A DNA stretch of 63,440 nt, filler included, from 7 parts of 7 records of this genome joined end to end with filler, not necessarily neighbours in it; one strand, 5' to 3'. Counted from the whole stretch's first letter, positions 1 through 10,972 are shown. The notes: generated by a model not told the origin, from the letters alone. Translations and numbers: made by a program.

Positions 1-1
1 A

Positions 2-1183
2 GCGTATGGAGATTATCAGTTTCAGCACAAATGGAATGATGGAACAGCGCTTACAACTGGGGCGACGTACATCCGAACTGATGTAGGCTCTAATCTATTC
101 GGTGATCACTTTGCAAATAACATAGCGGCGTACGCCCAATATGAACAACGAATCAGGAAGTTGGACTTAACGGGAGGAATGAGATTAGAATATGCGGAGC
201 AAGACAATCGAAAGGGAGATTCTGATTTCTACCTCGGAAAAGATTCAAGTTTTTCACTTCCCGTATATCCTATTTTCAGACTTGGAGCACACTACGAAGT
301 CGCAAAATTTTCGCACATCAGAGCGTCTTTCGGACAGGGAATTCGTTATCCTTCTGTTGCAGAACGTTATACAAAAACGGCCGTTGGTGCGCTTTTGGTG
401 TTTCCGAATCCTCAACTCAAGCCAGAAACGGGATGGGCTGCGGAAATTGGATTCAAACAAGGAGTTAAGATTGGTGATAACTGGAAAGGATTAATCGATG
501 TTGCTGGTTTTATTAACGAATACAGCAACATGATGGAATTCCAATTTGGAGTGTTCAATCCAGAAACAAATCAAAAACTGGATCCGAATTCTCCTGATTT
601 TGGAGCTCAAATTAGCGAGATCTTCAGTTCTGGGTATAAAATCGGTGATCTCTTTGGATTTAGTGCCGTGAATGCTGAATCTGCACGAATTACGGGAGCA
701 GAGATTTCGTTCAATAGTCAAGGAAAAATAAAGGAAGTAGAGTTGACTTCGTTGATTGGATACACATACATGAATCCAGTAAGCTTAAACCAAGATTCTG
801 CATACACAGCCACATTTTCGGATTCTGGATCGAATATTTTGAAATACCGATTCAAACATTTGGCGAAAGCAGATGTTGAAGCAAAATGGAAAGGCATGAG
901 CGTTGGGTTTTCGATGAGATACAATAGTTTTATGTCTAACATTGATCGTATTTTTGAGGATGAAATTACAAGTGGAGTGTACATCTTGCCAGGGTTAAAG
1001 GAATATAGAGAGAAGAATGATGGTCCAAACGTAGTGTATGACGCACGTATGGGATACGAAATTTCAGAGCATTATCGCGTGGGATTGGCCGTAAACAATT
1101 TACTCAATGCCGAATATGTGACGCGACCTGGAGATGTTCAACCGCCGAGAAATTTTCTTGTTCAACTTCAAATGAAATTTTAG
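2..1183 (+). CDS. TonB-dependent outer-membrane receptor, C-terminal barrel (5' partial)
   Basis: Frame open from window start; PSVAERY, NPQLKPE and VNNLLN motifs; terminal Phe. Confidence 0.9.
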   Translation, partial: AYGDYQFQHKWNDGTALTTGATYIRTDVGSNLFGDHFANNIAAYAQYEQRIRKLDLTGGMRLEYAEQDNRKGDSDFYLGKDSSFSLPVYPIFRLGAHYEVAKFSHIRASFGQGIRYPSVAERYTKTAVGALLVFPNPQLKPETGWAAEIGFKQGVKIGDNWKGLIDVAGFINEYSNMMEFQFGVFNPETNQKLDPNSPDFGAQISEIFSSGYKIGDLFGFSAVNAESARITGAEISFNSQGKIKEVELTSLIGYTYMNPVSLNQDSAYTATFSDSGSNILKYRFKHLAKADVEAKWKGMSVGFSMRYNSFMSNIDRIFEDEITSGVYILPGLKEYREKNDGPNVVYDARMGYEISEHYRVGLAVNNLLNAEYVTRPGDVQPPRNFLVQLQMKF

Positions 1184-1184
1184 A

Positions 1185-1913
1185 ATGAAAATAGTTGGAA
1201 TTATTCCCGCGAGATACCAATCTTCCAGATTTCCTGGAAAACCTTTAATCGACCTCAAAGGAAAAACAATGATCCAACGAGTTGTGGAGGGAGCTTCAAA
1301 GGCTTCTTTGCTTTCACGGGTAATTGTGGCGACGGACGACCAACGCATTTTTGATGAAGTAACCCGTTTTGGCGGGGAAGTGATGATGACTTCCGAAGAA
1401 CATACAACGGGAACTGATCGCTGTGGAGAGCTTGCGAAAGCTATCGACGCAGACGTCATTATCAACATTCAAGGTGATGAACCATTGGTGAGCACAGAGC
1501 AATTGGATCAATTATGCGCTGTTTTTTCGAATCCGCTGGTTCAAATTGCCACCTTGGGAATCGCTTGCAAGGACAAAGAAGAACTTCTGAATCCAAATAG
1601 AGTCAAATTGGTAACAAATGCTCACGGTGAAGCAATGTATTTTTCCAGAAGTGCAATTCCAAACGATTATCATGCTTCTCAGGAAGCGAAGGAAAGTTTT
1701 CCGTTTTTACGCCATATTGGATTATATGCTTACCGCAAAAACATCCTAAATGAATTGGTTCAACTTGCACCCACTCAGCTCGAAAAGGTCGAATCTCTGG
1801 AACAATTACGCTGGTTGTACTATGGATATAAAATCAACGTAGTAACAACAACGATTGAAACACCAAACATCGACGTGCCTGCAGATGTGGAAAAAGTACT
1901 GCACTTTTTGTAA
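1185..1913 (+). CDS. kdsB: 3-deoxy-manno-octulosonate cytidylyltransferase
   Basis: IIPARYQSSRFPGKPL, TGTDR, NIQGDEP, HIGLYAY and ESLEQLRWL motifs. Confidence 0.96.
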   Translation: MKIVGIIPARYQSSRFPGKPLIDLKGKTMIQRVVEGASKASLLSRVIVATDDQRIFDEVTRFGGEVMMTSEEHTTGTDRCGELAKAIDADVIINIQGDEPLVSTEQLDQLCAVFSNPLVQIATLGIACKDKEELLNPNRVKLVTNAHGEAMYFSRSAIPNDYHASQEAKESFPFLRHIGLYAYRKNILNELVQLAPTQLEKVESLEQLRWLYYGYKINVVTTTIETPNIDVPADVEKVLHFL

Positions 1914-1980
1914 CCGAAACGGATAAAATTCGTACACTGATCAATAGCTCAATTCCAGTGTTTTAGCTATTTTTGTAATT

Positions 1981-3144
1981 ATGGTAACAGTTGAACAACT
2001 CATCGGAGACTTACTTTTGCGTCACAATTGTGTGATCGTTCCTTTCTTTGGTGGATTTGTTGCACAAAAAATTCCTGCACGCATTGATTTCGAAAAGGGA
2101 ACAATGAATCCTCCAACTAAATCACTTTTGTTTAACAGACAATTAGTGAACAACGATGGATTACTCATTAACGAGTTCGCTCAGGTAAATAAAGAATCTT
2201 TCGTTAACGCAACATCAGCGATTACACAAAACGTGTCGCAGTGGAAAGCAGTGTTAAAGTCGGGTGGACAAATAGAAATTGATAGAGTTGGTCGTTTATA
2301 CATGGACGATCAAAACACAATTCGTTTTGAGCAAGACCGCTTTTTCAATCTACTTCTCGAGTCTTTTGGACTAGGGCAAGTTCAATTTGTTACTGAAGAA
2401 CAAGTTTCGGAAATTGACGAGCAGATAGAAGCAGAGGAATTATTGCCGCTTACGCCTGTCGCAGCAGTAAAAGAAACTCCAATTGTTCAGCTGAATTCGG
2501 AGAAGAGAGTTGTTGAAAAGCAACAAAAAGGAAACGCAGCAAAACCAATTCCTGTAGCATCACCGAAACGAAAAGTATGGAAATATGTCGCAGCGGCATG
2601 TGTTTTACCAATCGCGTTCTATTCAATCTGGATTCCTATGAAAACAGATGTGTTGGAGTCGGGAATGCTTTCAATTAAAGATTTTAATCCATTTTACCGT
2701 TCGGTAGAAGGAACTTATAAAAAGACATCATTTTCAGAGAAAATCGGATTTGAGTTCAACACGGACCCTACGCTAGAACAGCAGTTGGCGGGAATTTCCG
2801 AAGAAACAAAGGTATTTACCTACGACTTTGGAGACAATACTTACGTTCACGTTAACCTAGGAAGAGAAGAACTCGTTTCTGTTGTTGAAGCTGAGAAAAC
2901 ACCCGAGCGAGAGGTCGCATTTACTTCAAATAAAATGCACTTCATTGTAGGTTGTTTTGGAAGTGAAGAGAATGCAAAAAACCTTGTTAGTCGACTTAAA
3001 GCAGACGGCTTAAACGGAGAAATAGTAGATGTAAAAAATGGACTTCACCGAGTTTCGGCAGGAGCTGCCATTTCAGAAGAATCACTAACCAAAATTCAAG
3101 AAAAGGCGCAAAACCTTGGATTCCAAGGATGGATCCTAAAATAG
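1981..3144 (+). CDS. HU/CCDC81-like N-terminal domain + TM helix + SPOR domain protein
   Basis: LL.RHNCVIVP.FGGF and NDGLL N-terminus; TM segment KYVAAACVLPIAFYSIW; C-terminal HFIVGCFGSEENAKNLV SPOR motif. Confidence 0.8.
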   Translation: MVTVEQLIGDLLLRHNCVIVPFFGGFVAQKIPARIDFEKGTMNPPTKSLLFNRQLVNNDGLLINEFAQVNKESFVNATSAITQNVSQWKAVLKSGGQIEIDRVGRLYMDDQNTIRFEQDRFFNLLLESFGLGQVQFVTEEQVSEIDEQIEAEELLPLTPVAAVKETPIVQLNSEKRVVEKQQKGNAAKPIPVASPKRKVWKYVAAACVLPIAFYSIWIPMKTDVLESGMLSIKDFNPFYRSVEGTYKKTSFSEKIGFEFNTDPTLEQQLAGISEETKVFTYDFGDNTYVHVNLGREELVSVVEAEKTPEREVAFTSNKMHFIVGCFGSEENAKNLVSRLKADGLNGEIVDVKNGLHRVSAGAAISEESLTKIQEKAQNLGFQGWILK

Positions 3145-3204
3145 GTTTTGGTGTAATTCTTGTGCTATTCCATTAAATGGATCGTTATATTTGTTCCATA
3201 AACC

Positions 3205-4434
3205 ATGAACTACATGAAAAAATTTATTTTTACTGCCGCACTAACCGGAATATCTATCGGATTTAGTTTTGGACAGTTTGGCTATACAGAACCAGTTACA
3301 AACGGAGTTGGAAGTGAATACAAACTCACAAAAGTCGCTCACTTAGATGCTACGCCAGTCCAAGACCAAGGCTATACAGGAACGTGTTGGAGTTTTTCTG
3401 CACTCTCTTTCTTTGAGTCTGAATTAATACGTCAGGGAGCGAAAAATCCTGCGTTGTTATCTGAAATGTACATCGTAAGAAAGGCGTATGAATCCAAAGC
3501 AGAGAAATACATCCGCATGGATGGAAAAATCAACTTTTCTCAAGGAGGAGCATTTCACGACATTCCTTATGTAATTAGACATTACGGAATTGTGCCAGAG
3601 CAAGTGTACAAAGGATTGAATTACGGAACAGATCGTCACAACCATAGCGAAATGTTTAGTTTGTTAGACGGAGCTGTACAAGGAGTTTTAGGACACTTGA
3701 ATTCACGTTCAACAAAATCATTATCGCCTGCGTGGAAAAATGCGTTGAATGGAATTTTAGACGCTTACTTAGGACCAGATCCAAAAGAATTTGAGTTCGA
3801 AGGAAAAAAATACACACCAACTTCTTACGCAAAAGCGATCGGGTTAGACATGGATCAGTATGTTTCTCTGACGTCGTTCACGAATCACGAAATGAACAAA
3901 GAGTGTTTGTTGGAGATTCCAGACAATTGGGCTTGGGGAACGAGCTACAATGTAAGTCTTGACGATTTAGTGGAAGCAACAGTTGAAGCTTTGAAAAATG
4001 GCTACACACTTGCATGGGGAGCTGATGTTTCAGAAGACGGATTTAGCTTTAGCAATGGTTTAGCGATTAATCCAGTAGATGCTGCGACAATTAAAGTGTC
4101 TGGAGCGGACAACAAGAACTTTTCCGATGCAGGAGCAGAAAAGACATCGAACGCATTCAAAACTCCAGTAGAGGAAGTGAATGTTACACCTGAAGTTCGC
4201 CAGGAAGGTTACGATAACAAAACAACCACTGACGATCACGGAATGCACATCGTTGGTATGTATAAAGATCAGAAAGGAACGCGTTATTTCTTGGTGAAAA
4301 ACTCATGGGGAACAGGAAACTATCCAGAAGGATATTTGTATGTTTCGGAGAGCTATTTCAAATGGAAAACGATCAATGTGTATTTGCACAAGGATGGACT
4401 TTCGAAAGCGATGAAAAAGAAATTATCCCTTTAA
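3205..4434 (+). CDS. Secreted papain-family (C1) aminopeptidase C-like protein
   Basis: Signal peptide; catalytic QGYTGTCWSFS, DHGMH and KNSWG motifs. Confidence 0.9.
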   Translation: MNYMKKFIFTAALTGISIGFSFGQFGYTEPVTNGVGSEYKLTKVAHLDATPVQDQGYTGTCWSFSALSFFESELIRQGAKNPALLSEMYIVRKAYESKAEKYIRMDGKINFSQGGAFHDIPYVIRHYGIVPEQVYKGLNYGTDRHNHSEMFSLLDGAVQGVLGHLNSRSTKSLSPAWKNALNGILDAYLGPDPKEFEFEGKKYTPTSYAKAIGLDMDQYVSLTSFTNHEMNKECLLEIPDNWAWGTSYNVSLDDLVEATVEALKNGYTLAWGADVSEDGFSFSNGLAINPVDAATIKVSGADNKNFSDAGAEKTSNAFKTPVEEVNVTPEVRQEGYDNKTTTDDHGMHIVGMYKDQKGTRYFLVKNSWGTGNYPEGYLYVSESYFKWKTINVYLHKDGLSKAMKKKLSL

Positions 4435-4469
4435 ACCAAGGAATAAACCATAATTACGAAAAACCAGAG

Positions 4470-4502
4470 AAAACCGATACTTGAAAAAGTGTCGGTTTTT
4501 TT
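4470..4502 (+). terminator. Intrinsic terminator
   Basis: AAAACCGATACTT-gaaa-AAGTGTCGGTTTT hairpin followed by a T-run, between convergent genes. Confidence 0.75.
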
Positions 4503-4575
4503 CGTTGAAATGGTCTTATAAAAAACAAGAGAGAACCGAAGTCCTCTCTGTCAATCTATCTGTAAATTCCGGAAT

Positions 4576-5106
4576 TTAATCTTGTATGATAATTTCCTTA
4601 CCACTTTCTAGGATGACAATTTTCTGGCGTTCCGTTCTGAAGTTTTCGTATTTCGCTCCGTAACCTTCAACCGTAACTTTGTATCGTTTGAAAAGGATGT
4701 AGTTTTCCACGGTCGTTGTGTAGTTTGGATGAACCAATACGTCATAATCACCAGTGCTCAGTGCTTTATACGCAGCTGCACCTCTCACCTTATTTAATCG
4801 ACCTGAAAGGGCAATTTTAAGTGGATTTAATTGCTGTATGATACTTGCCGAAGCATCAGTGCTGTAGTTTATTCCATCAGCAAACGTTTTGTCGCCGCTA
4901 ACTCGGAAAATTAAAAAATACGAAGAACTACTTTCGCCGTGGAGTTTTGTTGCTTCGTCTACGTTAAGATCAGCCTTAATTGGATCGAGTTGCACGTTTC
5001 TAGCAACTACTGGGCTAGATTGAAATCCTTTGTTAGTAGTTACACAAGAACCCAAAGAGAGAAGTGTGAATACAGCAATAGCAATTGTAAAAATTGTCTT
5101 TTTCAT
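4576..5106 (-). CDS. Hypothetical lipoprotein
   Basis: Signal peptide with lipobox-like LGSC. Confidence 0.7.
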   Translation of the reverse strand: MKKTIFTIAIAVFTLLSLGSCVTTNKGFQSSPVVARNVQLDPIKADLNVDEATKLHGESSSSYFLIFRVSGDKTFADGINYSTDASASIIQQLNPLKIALSGRLNKVRGAAAYKALSTGDYDVLVHPNYTTTVENYILFKRYKVTVEGYGAKYENFRTERQKIVILESGKEIIIQD

Positions 5107-5325
5107 GAATTGTTTTATTATTTAGGTTTTAGGTTATCTTCTATTTCTTAGTGATAGGATTTATTCGGCTTGGAAGGCGAACGAATCTTGAGCAAAAAGT
5201 AAATTTATTAACCTTTCGGGGCGAAAATTAGCAATATTTTCAATTGGTTAGAACGAAGATTAAATAATTTTTAGAAGTGGTGATTGTTCTTCTGTTTAAG
5301 TTTGGGAGGTCAACGATGAGTCAGA

Positions 5326-5868
5326 TCAATCTAATTCGATGCGCGCATTCTGATTTTCAAATTTTTTGATGTGCTCAGCGACTTTAAATTCCGCAACATC
5401 AAAGCTTTCTCTTCGGTCTTTGGCTTGTTGCTGTCTGGCAATGCTTCTTGCAAATCGCCGAATACTTTCCTCCGAGTTTAGAATTAACCCCGGTATGGGA
5501 GTCGTTTGACCAGAGTCGTCCTTAGCAACCATTGTAAAATAAGAAGAGTTGCAATGTTTAATTACCCCCGTTTTAATATTTTCAGATTCAATTCTCAACC
5601 CAACTACCATTGACGTTCTTCCAGTGTAGTTAATAGAAGCTTTTAACGTTAATAAATCTCCCACTTCAATTGGATTTAGGAAATCAACGGTATTGACAGA
5701 AGCAGTCACACAGTAATGTCCGGAATGCTTAGATGCACAAGCGAAAGCTACCTGATCCATTAGGTTTAGGATATACCCACCGTGAATGTATCCACTGAAA
5801 TTTGAGTGAGAGGGAAGCATCAGCTGCGTCATGGCAAGTTGGGATTCTTCAATGTGTTTGTATTCCAT
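5326..5868 (-). CDS. Acyl-CoA thioesterase (hotdog fold, YciA-like)
   Basis: N..G.IHGG.IL.LMD, VTASV, TGRTSM motifs. Confidence 0.9.
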   Translation of the reverse strand: MEYKHIEESQLAMTQLMLPSHSNFSGYIHGGYILNLMDQVAFACASKHSGHYCVTASVNTVDFLNPIEVGDLLTLKASINYTGRTSMVVGLRIESENIKTGVIKHCNSSYFTMVAKDDSGQTTPIPGLILNSEESIRRFARSIARQQQAKDRRESFDVAEFKVAEHIKKFENQNARIELD

Positions 5869-6105
5869 AATCTATAAGTTATTGTTCGAACGATTCAATG
5901 TAGTGAATGCTAGGGTAAAGTTCGAATTTTTTGTGAAGTTAATCGGGGTTTGATCCTAGCTCATGTATATTATGTTCTCTAGAATAAACTGTTTAGACTC
6001 GTTTATAGAGAGTTTCGGATTAACGTCTCTCCGTTTATTTGAAGAGCTATTCAGGATTTCATTATAAAATTTCCAACTATATTGTAAGGTACAAAACGCA
6101 ATCTT

Positions 6106-6798
6106 TTGAAAACAACGCTATTTTATTTTTTCGCGGTAATTGGACTCTTTTCGCTCTCTGGATGTTATTGTTTTAAAACGACTTCAACTAGTTCAAGCAT
6201 TCGAGGTTTAGAAGGAACGACCTATTCGGTTCAATATGAGCCGTGCAGTGGAAGTGGTGGCTCTGTTCAGTTGAATACTTACTACGGATTTCCAAGCTCT
6301 GAGAAGCAAGAGTATTTAGAGCGTTTTTCGATACAAACAACAACTCAGCAAGAATTTTCCACAGTAGGTCTTTTCGGCGTGCGGATAGAAAAGTATATTC
6401 CATCTTTCAAAATTCCATATAGAGTATTGGGGCTTGGGATTGATTATTCACAGGCACATTTTGAGATAAACCAGCAATACACTGGAAGCCAAATCGATAC
6501 AACGCGCAGTTTTGTTCAACATAGAACAATGCTTAGTATCAATCACATGACCTTTGTTCGACCGAAGAGCATAGGTTACCTCACTTTTCAGGGAGGAGTG
6601 AATAATATCAAGGAAACGATTACAAGTAATGACCCGAATTTTCAGACACAGAAGTTGCTTCAACCCGCAACTTTTGCTTATCGGATAGGATACGGATTGC
6701 AATATTATCCTACAGGCGGGCGATGGGGAATTGCTTTGGAAGGAGGATATGGTGGCGGCGCGTATGGACGAGCAGGTGTCTTTTGTTGGGTGTTTTAG
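6106..6798 (+). CDS. Hypothetical lipoprotein with outer-membrane beta-barrel-like C-terminus
   Basis: TTG start, LSGC lipobox, amphipathic strands, EGGYGGG and terminal Phe. Confidence 0.6.
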   Translation: MKTTLFYFFAVIGLFSLSGCYCFKTTSTSSSIRGLEGTTYSVQYEPCSGSGGSVQLNTYYGFPSSEKQEYLERFSIQTTTQQEFSTVGLFGVRIEKYIPSFKIPYRVLGLGIDYSQAHFEINQQYTGSQIDTTRSFVQHRTMLSINHMTFVRPKSIGYLTFQGGVNNIKETITSNDPNFQTQKLLQPATFAYRIGYGLQYYPTGGRWGIALEGGYGGGAYGRAGVFCWVF

Positions 6799-6807
6799 AA
6801 GAATAAG

Positions 6808-7965
6808 TTACCCCACCATTTCCAACGCCAACCTTCGTGCTTCTGCATCTGAAGCCACATAGTCCTCATAAGTCGGAACTTTAACCGCAGAAACGGCATG
6901 CATCGTCGCTTCGTTAATCCGTGCAATGTCCAAAAAACCTATTTGATCTTTCAAAAACGCTGCAACGCTGATTTCATTCGCCGCATTCAAAGCACACGCC
7001 GCGTTTCCGCCCATAGTCATTGCTTCGAAAGCTAGATTAAGGTTGTTGAACGTTTCACGATCCGGCTGTTCGAAGGTTAAATTTGGGTAATCCATGAAGT
7101 TAAATCGTGGAAAGTCGGTTTTCAGTCTCTTCGGATACGTCAACGCAAATTGAATCGGCAATTTCATATCGGGCAAGCCCATTTGCGCCTTCATACTTCC
7201 ATCCTCGAACTGCACGAGCGAGTGTACAATCGACTGCGGATGCACGATTACATCAATTTGATCGGGGCGTAAATTAAACAACCATTTCGCTTCAATTACT
7301 TCCAAGCCTTTGTTCATCAAACTCGCAGAATCAATCGTGATTTTCGCACCCATTTCCCAATTCGGGTGTTTCAACGCCTGTTCTTTGGTAACGTTCGCTA
7401 ATTGCTCTTTCGACCAACCACGGAAAGGTCCGCCAGAAGCTGTAAGGTAAATTTTCTCAATTGGATTGTGGAATTCACCTACCAAACATTGAAAAATCGC
7501 CGAGTGCTCCGAATCAACAGGATAAATATTCACTCCTCTTTCTCTCGCTTCACGGGTCACGATTTCTCCCGCAACAACTAACGTTTCTTTGTTCGCGAGT
7601 GCAATGTCTTTTCCTGCTCTGATGGCAGAAAGCGTTGGTTTGAGTCCAGCATAACCCACAAGCGCCGTAAGCACAACGTGTACTTCATTCGACTCCACCA
7701 CTTGGGCGATTGCGTCGTTTCCAGCGTACACATGAATGTCATGATCTTGCAAAGCATCTCTAACTTCCGCGTAGCGCGTTTCGTCAGCAATTACAACCGT
7801 ATTGGGTAAATACTTTAACGCCTGCTGAATCAGCAACGTACTGTTCGAATTTGCCGTTAAAATTTGCAGATCGAATAATTCCGGATACGATTCAATAACT
7901 TCCAATGCTTGTGTACCGATAGATCCAGTTGAACCCAATATTGCTACGCCTTTTTTCTGACTCAT
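6808..7965 (-). CDS. dxr: 1-deoxy-D-xylulose-5-phosphate reductoisomerase
   Basis: ILGSTGSIG, LANKE, PVDSEHSAIFQ, HPNW.MG.KIT.DSA motifs. Confidence 0.98.
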   Translation of the reverse strand: MSQKKGVAILGSTGSIGTQALEVIESYPELFDLQILTANSNSTLLIQQALKYLPNTVVIADETRYAEVRDALQDHDIHVYAGNDAIAQVVESNEVHVVLTALVGYAGLKPTLSAIRAGKDIALANKETLVVAGEIVTREARERGVNIYPVDSEHSAIFQCLVGEFHNPIEKIYLTASGGPFRGWSKEQLANVTKEQALKHPNWEMGAKITIDSASLMNKGLEVIEAKWLFNLRPDQIDVIVHPQSIVHSLVQFEDGSMKAQMGLPDMKLPIQFALTYPKRLKTDFPRFNFMDYPNLTFEQPDRETFNNLNLAFEAMTMGGNAACALNAANEISVAAFLKDQIGFLDIARINEATMHAVSAVKVPTYEDYVASDAEARRLALEMVG

Positions 7966-8136
7966 AGTGCAAATATAAGGGTAACCTTCCTAACTCAGGT
8001 TTCTTGGTTGAATAGTTGTAAGAAGTACACTTGGGTTTTGAATTTGTAATGTTTTGGTCTCCCTCCTTTCAAAAGTGATGCTTTTTCTTCTTAAGGGAGA
8101 AAGCTAAATCATCCTAGCGATTCAAAGCATAATCTC

Positions 8137-8165
8137 TTCCTCCCTTGAGGGAGGCCAGGAGGGTG
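8137..8165. repeat. Short GC-rich palindrome (REP-like) at contig end
   Basis: CCTCCCT-tg-AGGGAGG inverted repeat immediately before the assembly break. Confidence 0.4.
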
Positions 8166-8265
8166 NNNNNNNNNNNNNNNNNNNNNNNNNNNNNNNNNNN
8201 NNNNNNNNNTTAATTAATTAANNNNNNNNNNNNNNNNNNNNNNNNNNNNNNNNNNNNNNNNNNNN
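8166..8265. other. Artificial contig linker
   Basis: N-run/TTAATTAATTAA/N-run, 100 nt, stops in all six frames. Confidence 0.99.
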
Positions 8266-8524
8266 CAAGAATAAAGAGAAGAGAATATAGATTTTATGTT
8301 CTTATTCTTTTGAAAATCTTTAGTTTACCAGAAACAATAAAGAATTGGACAATTTACACAATCACAACTTTGTTACTTTGAGTTAAAAGTTACAAGGAAA
8401 AAAACTGACTAAAGCCTACATTTTACTGAACACTCCCGACTTCGGACTTTTTTATTTCCACATTTTCAAATCATCATATTGACACATTTACAAATTTGAA
8501 CCTTTGCCTCTACAACCAACGGAA

Positions 8525-10972
8525 CTAATTAATCTTATAACAGATTATCGAGTTTTTATCGCCTACGGTAACCATTTCTAACTTTTTATCATTATCTATA
8601 TCTGCTAAATCGATGGCAGAATCTCCATAGACAGGGAAGTTTTCCACTTGTTTTGCATTACTGTCAAATAAATAAACCTTATGTGTTTGTTTGTCGGTTA
8701 CGGTAACATAAATTTTATCGTTGATATAAAAGATTTCCGGTTTAGTGTAGATTCCAAAATCTAGCGTAGCTTTATTGTTTTTAATGGTTAAAATATTTTC
8801 AGAAATAGTAGCTAACGTATTAGCTGTTGCATCAATTAAATGGTTTTCTTTCAGTCCTAATTCAATTTTATTTAATCCACCTTTTTGGTCTACCTGAATT
8901 AAATCTCCAGAAGAATTGGTAGTTGTAAACTTCTTATCATATAAATAAACTTCATTTCCAGAAAAATCTATGGATCCTCTAACACGAATCCTTAAGTCTC
9001 CTGTGCGGTGAAGAATATCTAATTTTCCATCATTTTCTTGGAGGATAATGTAATCTTTATTTCCAATACGAATATGTTTCGGACTATTAATAATAGTGTT
9101 TTCGGTTTCATCTAAAATAAAACCAGTAACCACTTTTCCGTAGCGGTCGTACATTTCTATTTTTTTACCCATTACCACCACAAAACGATAATCCTTATTA
9201 TTGCTATAGTCAAAAACAGCTAGCGGTTGTGTAATGGTGTTTTTAAAATCTATAGGAAATGGAGAAACCTCATTCCCATTTCTATCTAGAATCATCATTT
9301 TATCGGTTGTATTAAAGGCAAGTTGTAAGCGTCCATTTCTGTATAAATCAACCTGAGATATTTCGCCAATAATTTTACCGCTCAATTCTTTTTTCCATAA
9401 AACTTTTCCGTCTGTGTCAATTAGATAAAGGTTGTTTTTTACATCTTGCACAACAATTTCTTTCTTTTTGGTATGATGATTTATTGCAAACTGCGGATTC
9501 GTAGCAATATCTGCATCTAAAGTAGTACTATATAACTGTGTAATAATATTAGAACCAACGGTAGAGGTGTTTGCTTTTTTTAATAACGCATGGAAGTGTG
9601 CAAAATCTCCTTCAGCAATATATTGAAAGGCAATAAATTTATAATCTTTAAAAGATTTTTTAGCTACCGATGCTTTAAAGTCCTCACTTAAAATAGCGCT
9701 GTCATTTTTTAGTTTTTCAAGATTCCCAATAATTAAAACAGAAGATTCATCTGCCAATTCGCTACGTAAATTTTTATAAGATGGAAGTTGAGAAAGCGTA
9801 GCACTATTTTGATAATTTGAAATAATATCTTCTAATAGGTTTATCGACTCAGCAAAAACATAAAAGTCGTCCACTTTGGCAACATAATTTGTACTAACCC
9901 CTTTTGTAATTTTCGAAAAGTGAGTCTTAATTAAGTCTGTTTTATTTATTTCCCAAATATTATAATCTCTGTATGAAGTTTCTTCTTTTACAAATTTCTG
10001 AAGACGGTCTTCAAAATCAATATTATCTGAAGTTGTAAAAGCAAATATTTTTGTTTGCTGAAACCCAATTTCTATCATTTCTGTAGCCTTATGAAAAAGA
10101 GAATCGCTCATTTGCTTCATTTCAGACTCATTTCCATTAATTGCAGGGTATGCTATAAAATAGGTAGCATTTATAGGAACAATTTCTGAAGCAAAGCTAG
10201 TAGAGGGAGTTGTATGTTTAAAAGCATTTAAAGTGTTGTTGAGGGAGTCATTCGCTACAGCAATTCCGTTTAACTTGATATAATCTTGAGCAATGCTGGT
10301 ATCAAAAGAAGTCCAATCGTTAAATTCCGTGAGATTGTTAGCTAGGCTTTTGGAAAGCACTCTTTTAAAAAAGCTAGTTCCTTTTTTATGATTAATAAAA
10401 ATATTAGCAGGAACATTGTTTTGAGCTACTTGATATAATTTAGAAAGCTTTGGATTAGCTTTTAGGTGGTCTGAGTTTCTAATGATGTTTTCAATAATTA
10501 GACGAGAAGAAGAACCTATAAAGTGATTCCCAACATTGGTACTAAATAATTTCTTTCCTCCAATACTCAGTATTTTGATGGAAGCCCCTTCATAAGTAAT
10601 GGTTTCTATTTTACGATTAACTGTAGAATCAATACTGAATAAGTTATTATGATTTTTACTTATAAAGGTGTAGTTAAACTCTTCTTTTCCAATTTCATTA
10701 AAAGCAAGAATAGAAGTGCCTTTAGGATTGATATATTTTAAGGTAGTTACTAAGGAGGCAGAATTCTTATAAGAAGTACTTTCTTGAAGCAACTTGAGAA
10801 AGTCGTTATTAATTATTTCACTTTTAAAAGCTTGATAGTCGTTTATTTTAATAACAGCGGTAGCATGTCTTGGAGTATATGAAACTAAATCTTCCGTTTG
10901 AACGGTTTCTTTTTTTGCACAAGAAAGGGTTATAAGTAGCGATAAAAATAGAATCTTAACAACAAACTTCAT
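8525..10972 (-). CDS. Large hypothetical lipoprotein with C-terminal beta-propeller-like region
   Basis: Lipobox TLSC; GKVLWK, VDLYRNGRLQL and DIDNDKKLE (FG-GAP-like) blades. Confidence 0.7.
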   Translation of the reverse strand: MKFVVKILFLSLLITLSCAKKETVQTEDLVSYTPRHATAVIKINDYQAFKSEIINNDFLKLLQESTSYKNSASLVTTLKYINPKGTSILAFNEIGKEEFNYTFISKNHNNLFSIDSTVNRKIETITYEGASIKILSIGGKKLFSTNVGNHFIGSSSRLIIENIIRNSDHLKANPKLSKLYQVAQNNVPANIFINHKKGTSFFKRVLSKSLANNLTEFNDWTSFDTSIAQDYIKLNGIAVANDSLNNTLNAFKHTTPSTSFASEIVPINATYFIAYPAINGNESEMKQMSDSLFHKATEMIEIGFQQTKIFAFTTSDNIDFEDRLQKFVKEETSYRDYNIWEINKTDLIKTHFSKITKGVSTNYVAKVDDFYVFAESINLLEDIISNYQNSATLSQLPSYKNLRSELADESSVLIIGNLEKLKNDSAILSEDFKASVAKKSFKDYKFIAFQYIAEGDFAHFHALLKKANTSTVGSNIITQLYSTTLDADIATNPQFAINHHTKKKEIVVQDVKNNLYLIDTDGKVLWKKELSGKIIGEISQVDLYRNGRLQLAFNTTDKMMILDRNGNEVSPFPIDFKNTITQPLAVFDYSNNKDYRFVVVMGKKIEMYDRYGKVVTGFILDETENTIINSPKHIRIGNKDYIILQENDGKLDILHRTGDLRIRVRGSIDFSGNEVYLYDKKFTTTNSSGDLIQVDQKGGLNKIELGLKENHLIDATANTLATISENILTIKNNKATLDFGIYTKPEIFYINDKIYVTVTDKQTHKVYLFDSNAKQVENFPVYGDSAIDLADIDNDKKLEMVTVGDKNSIICYKIN

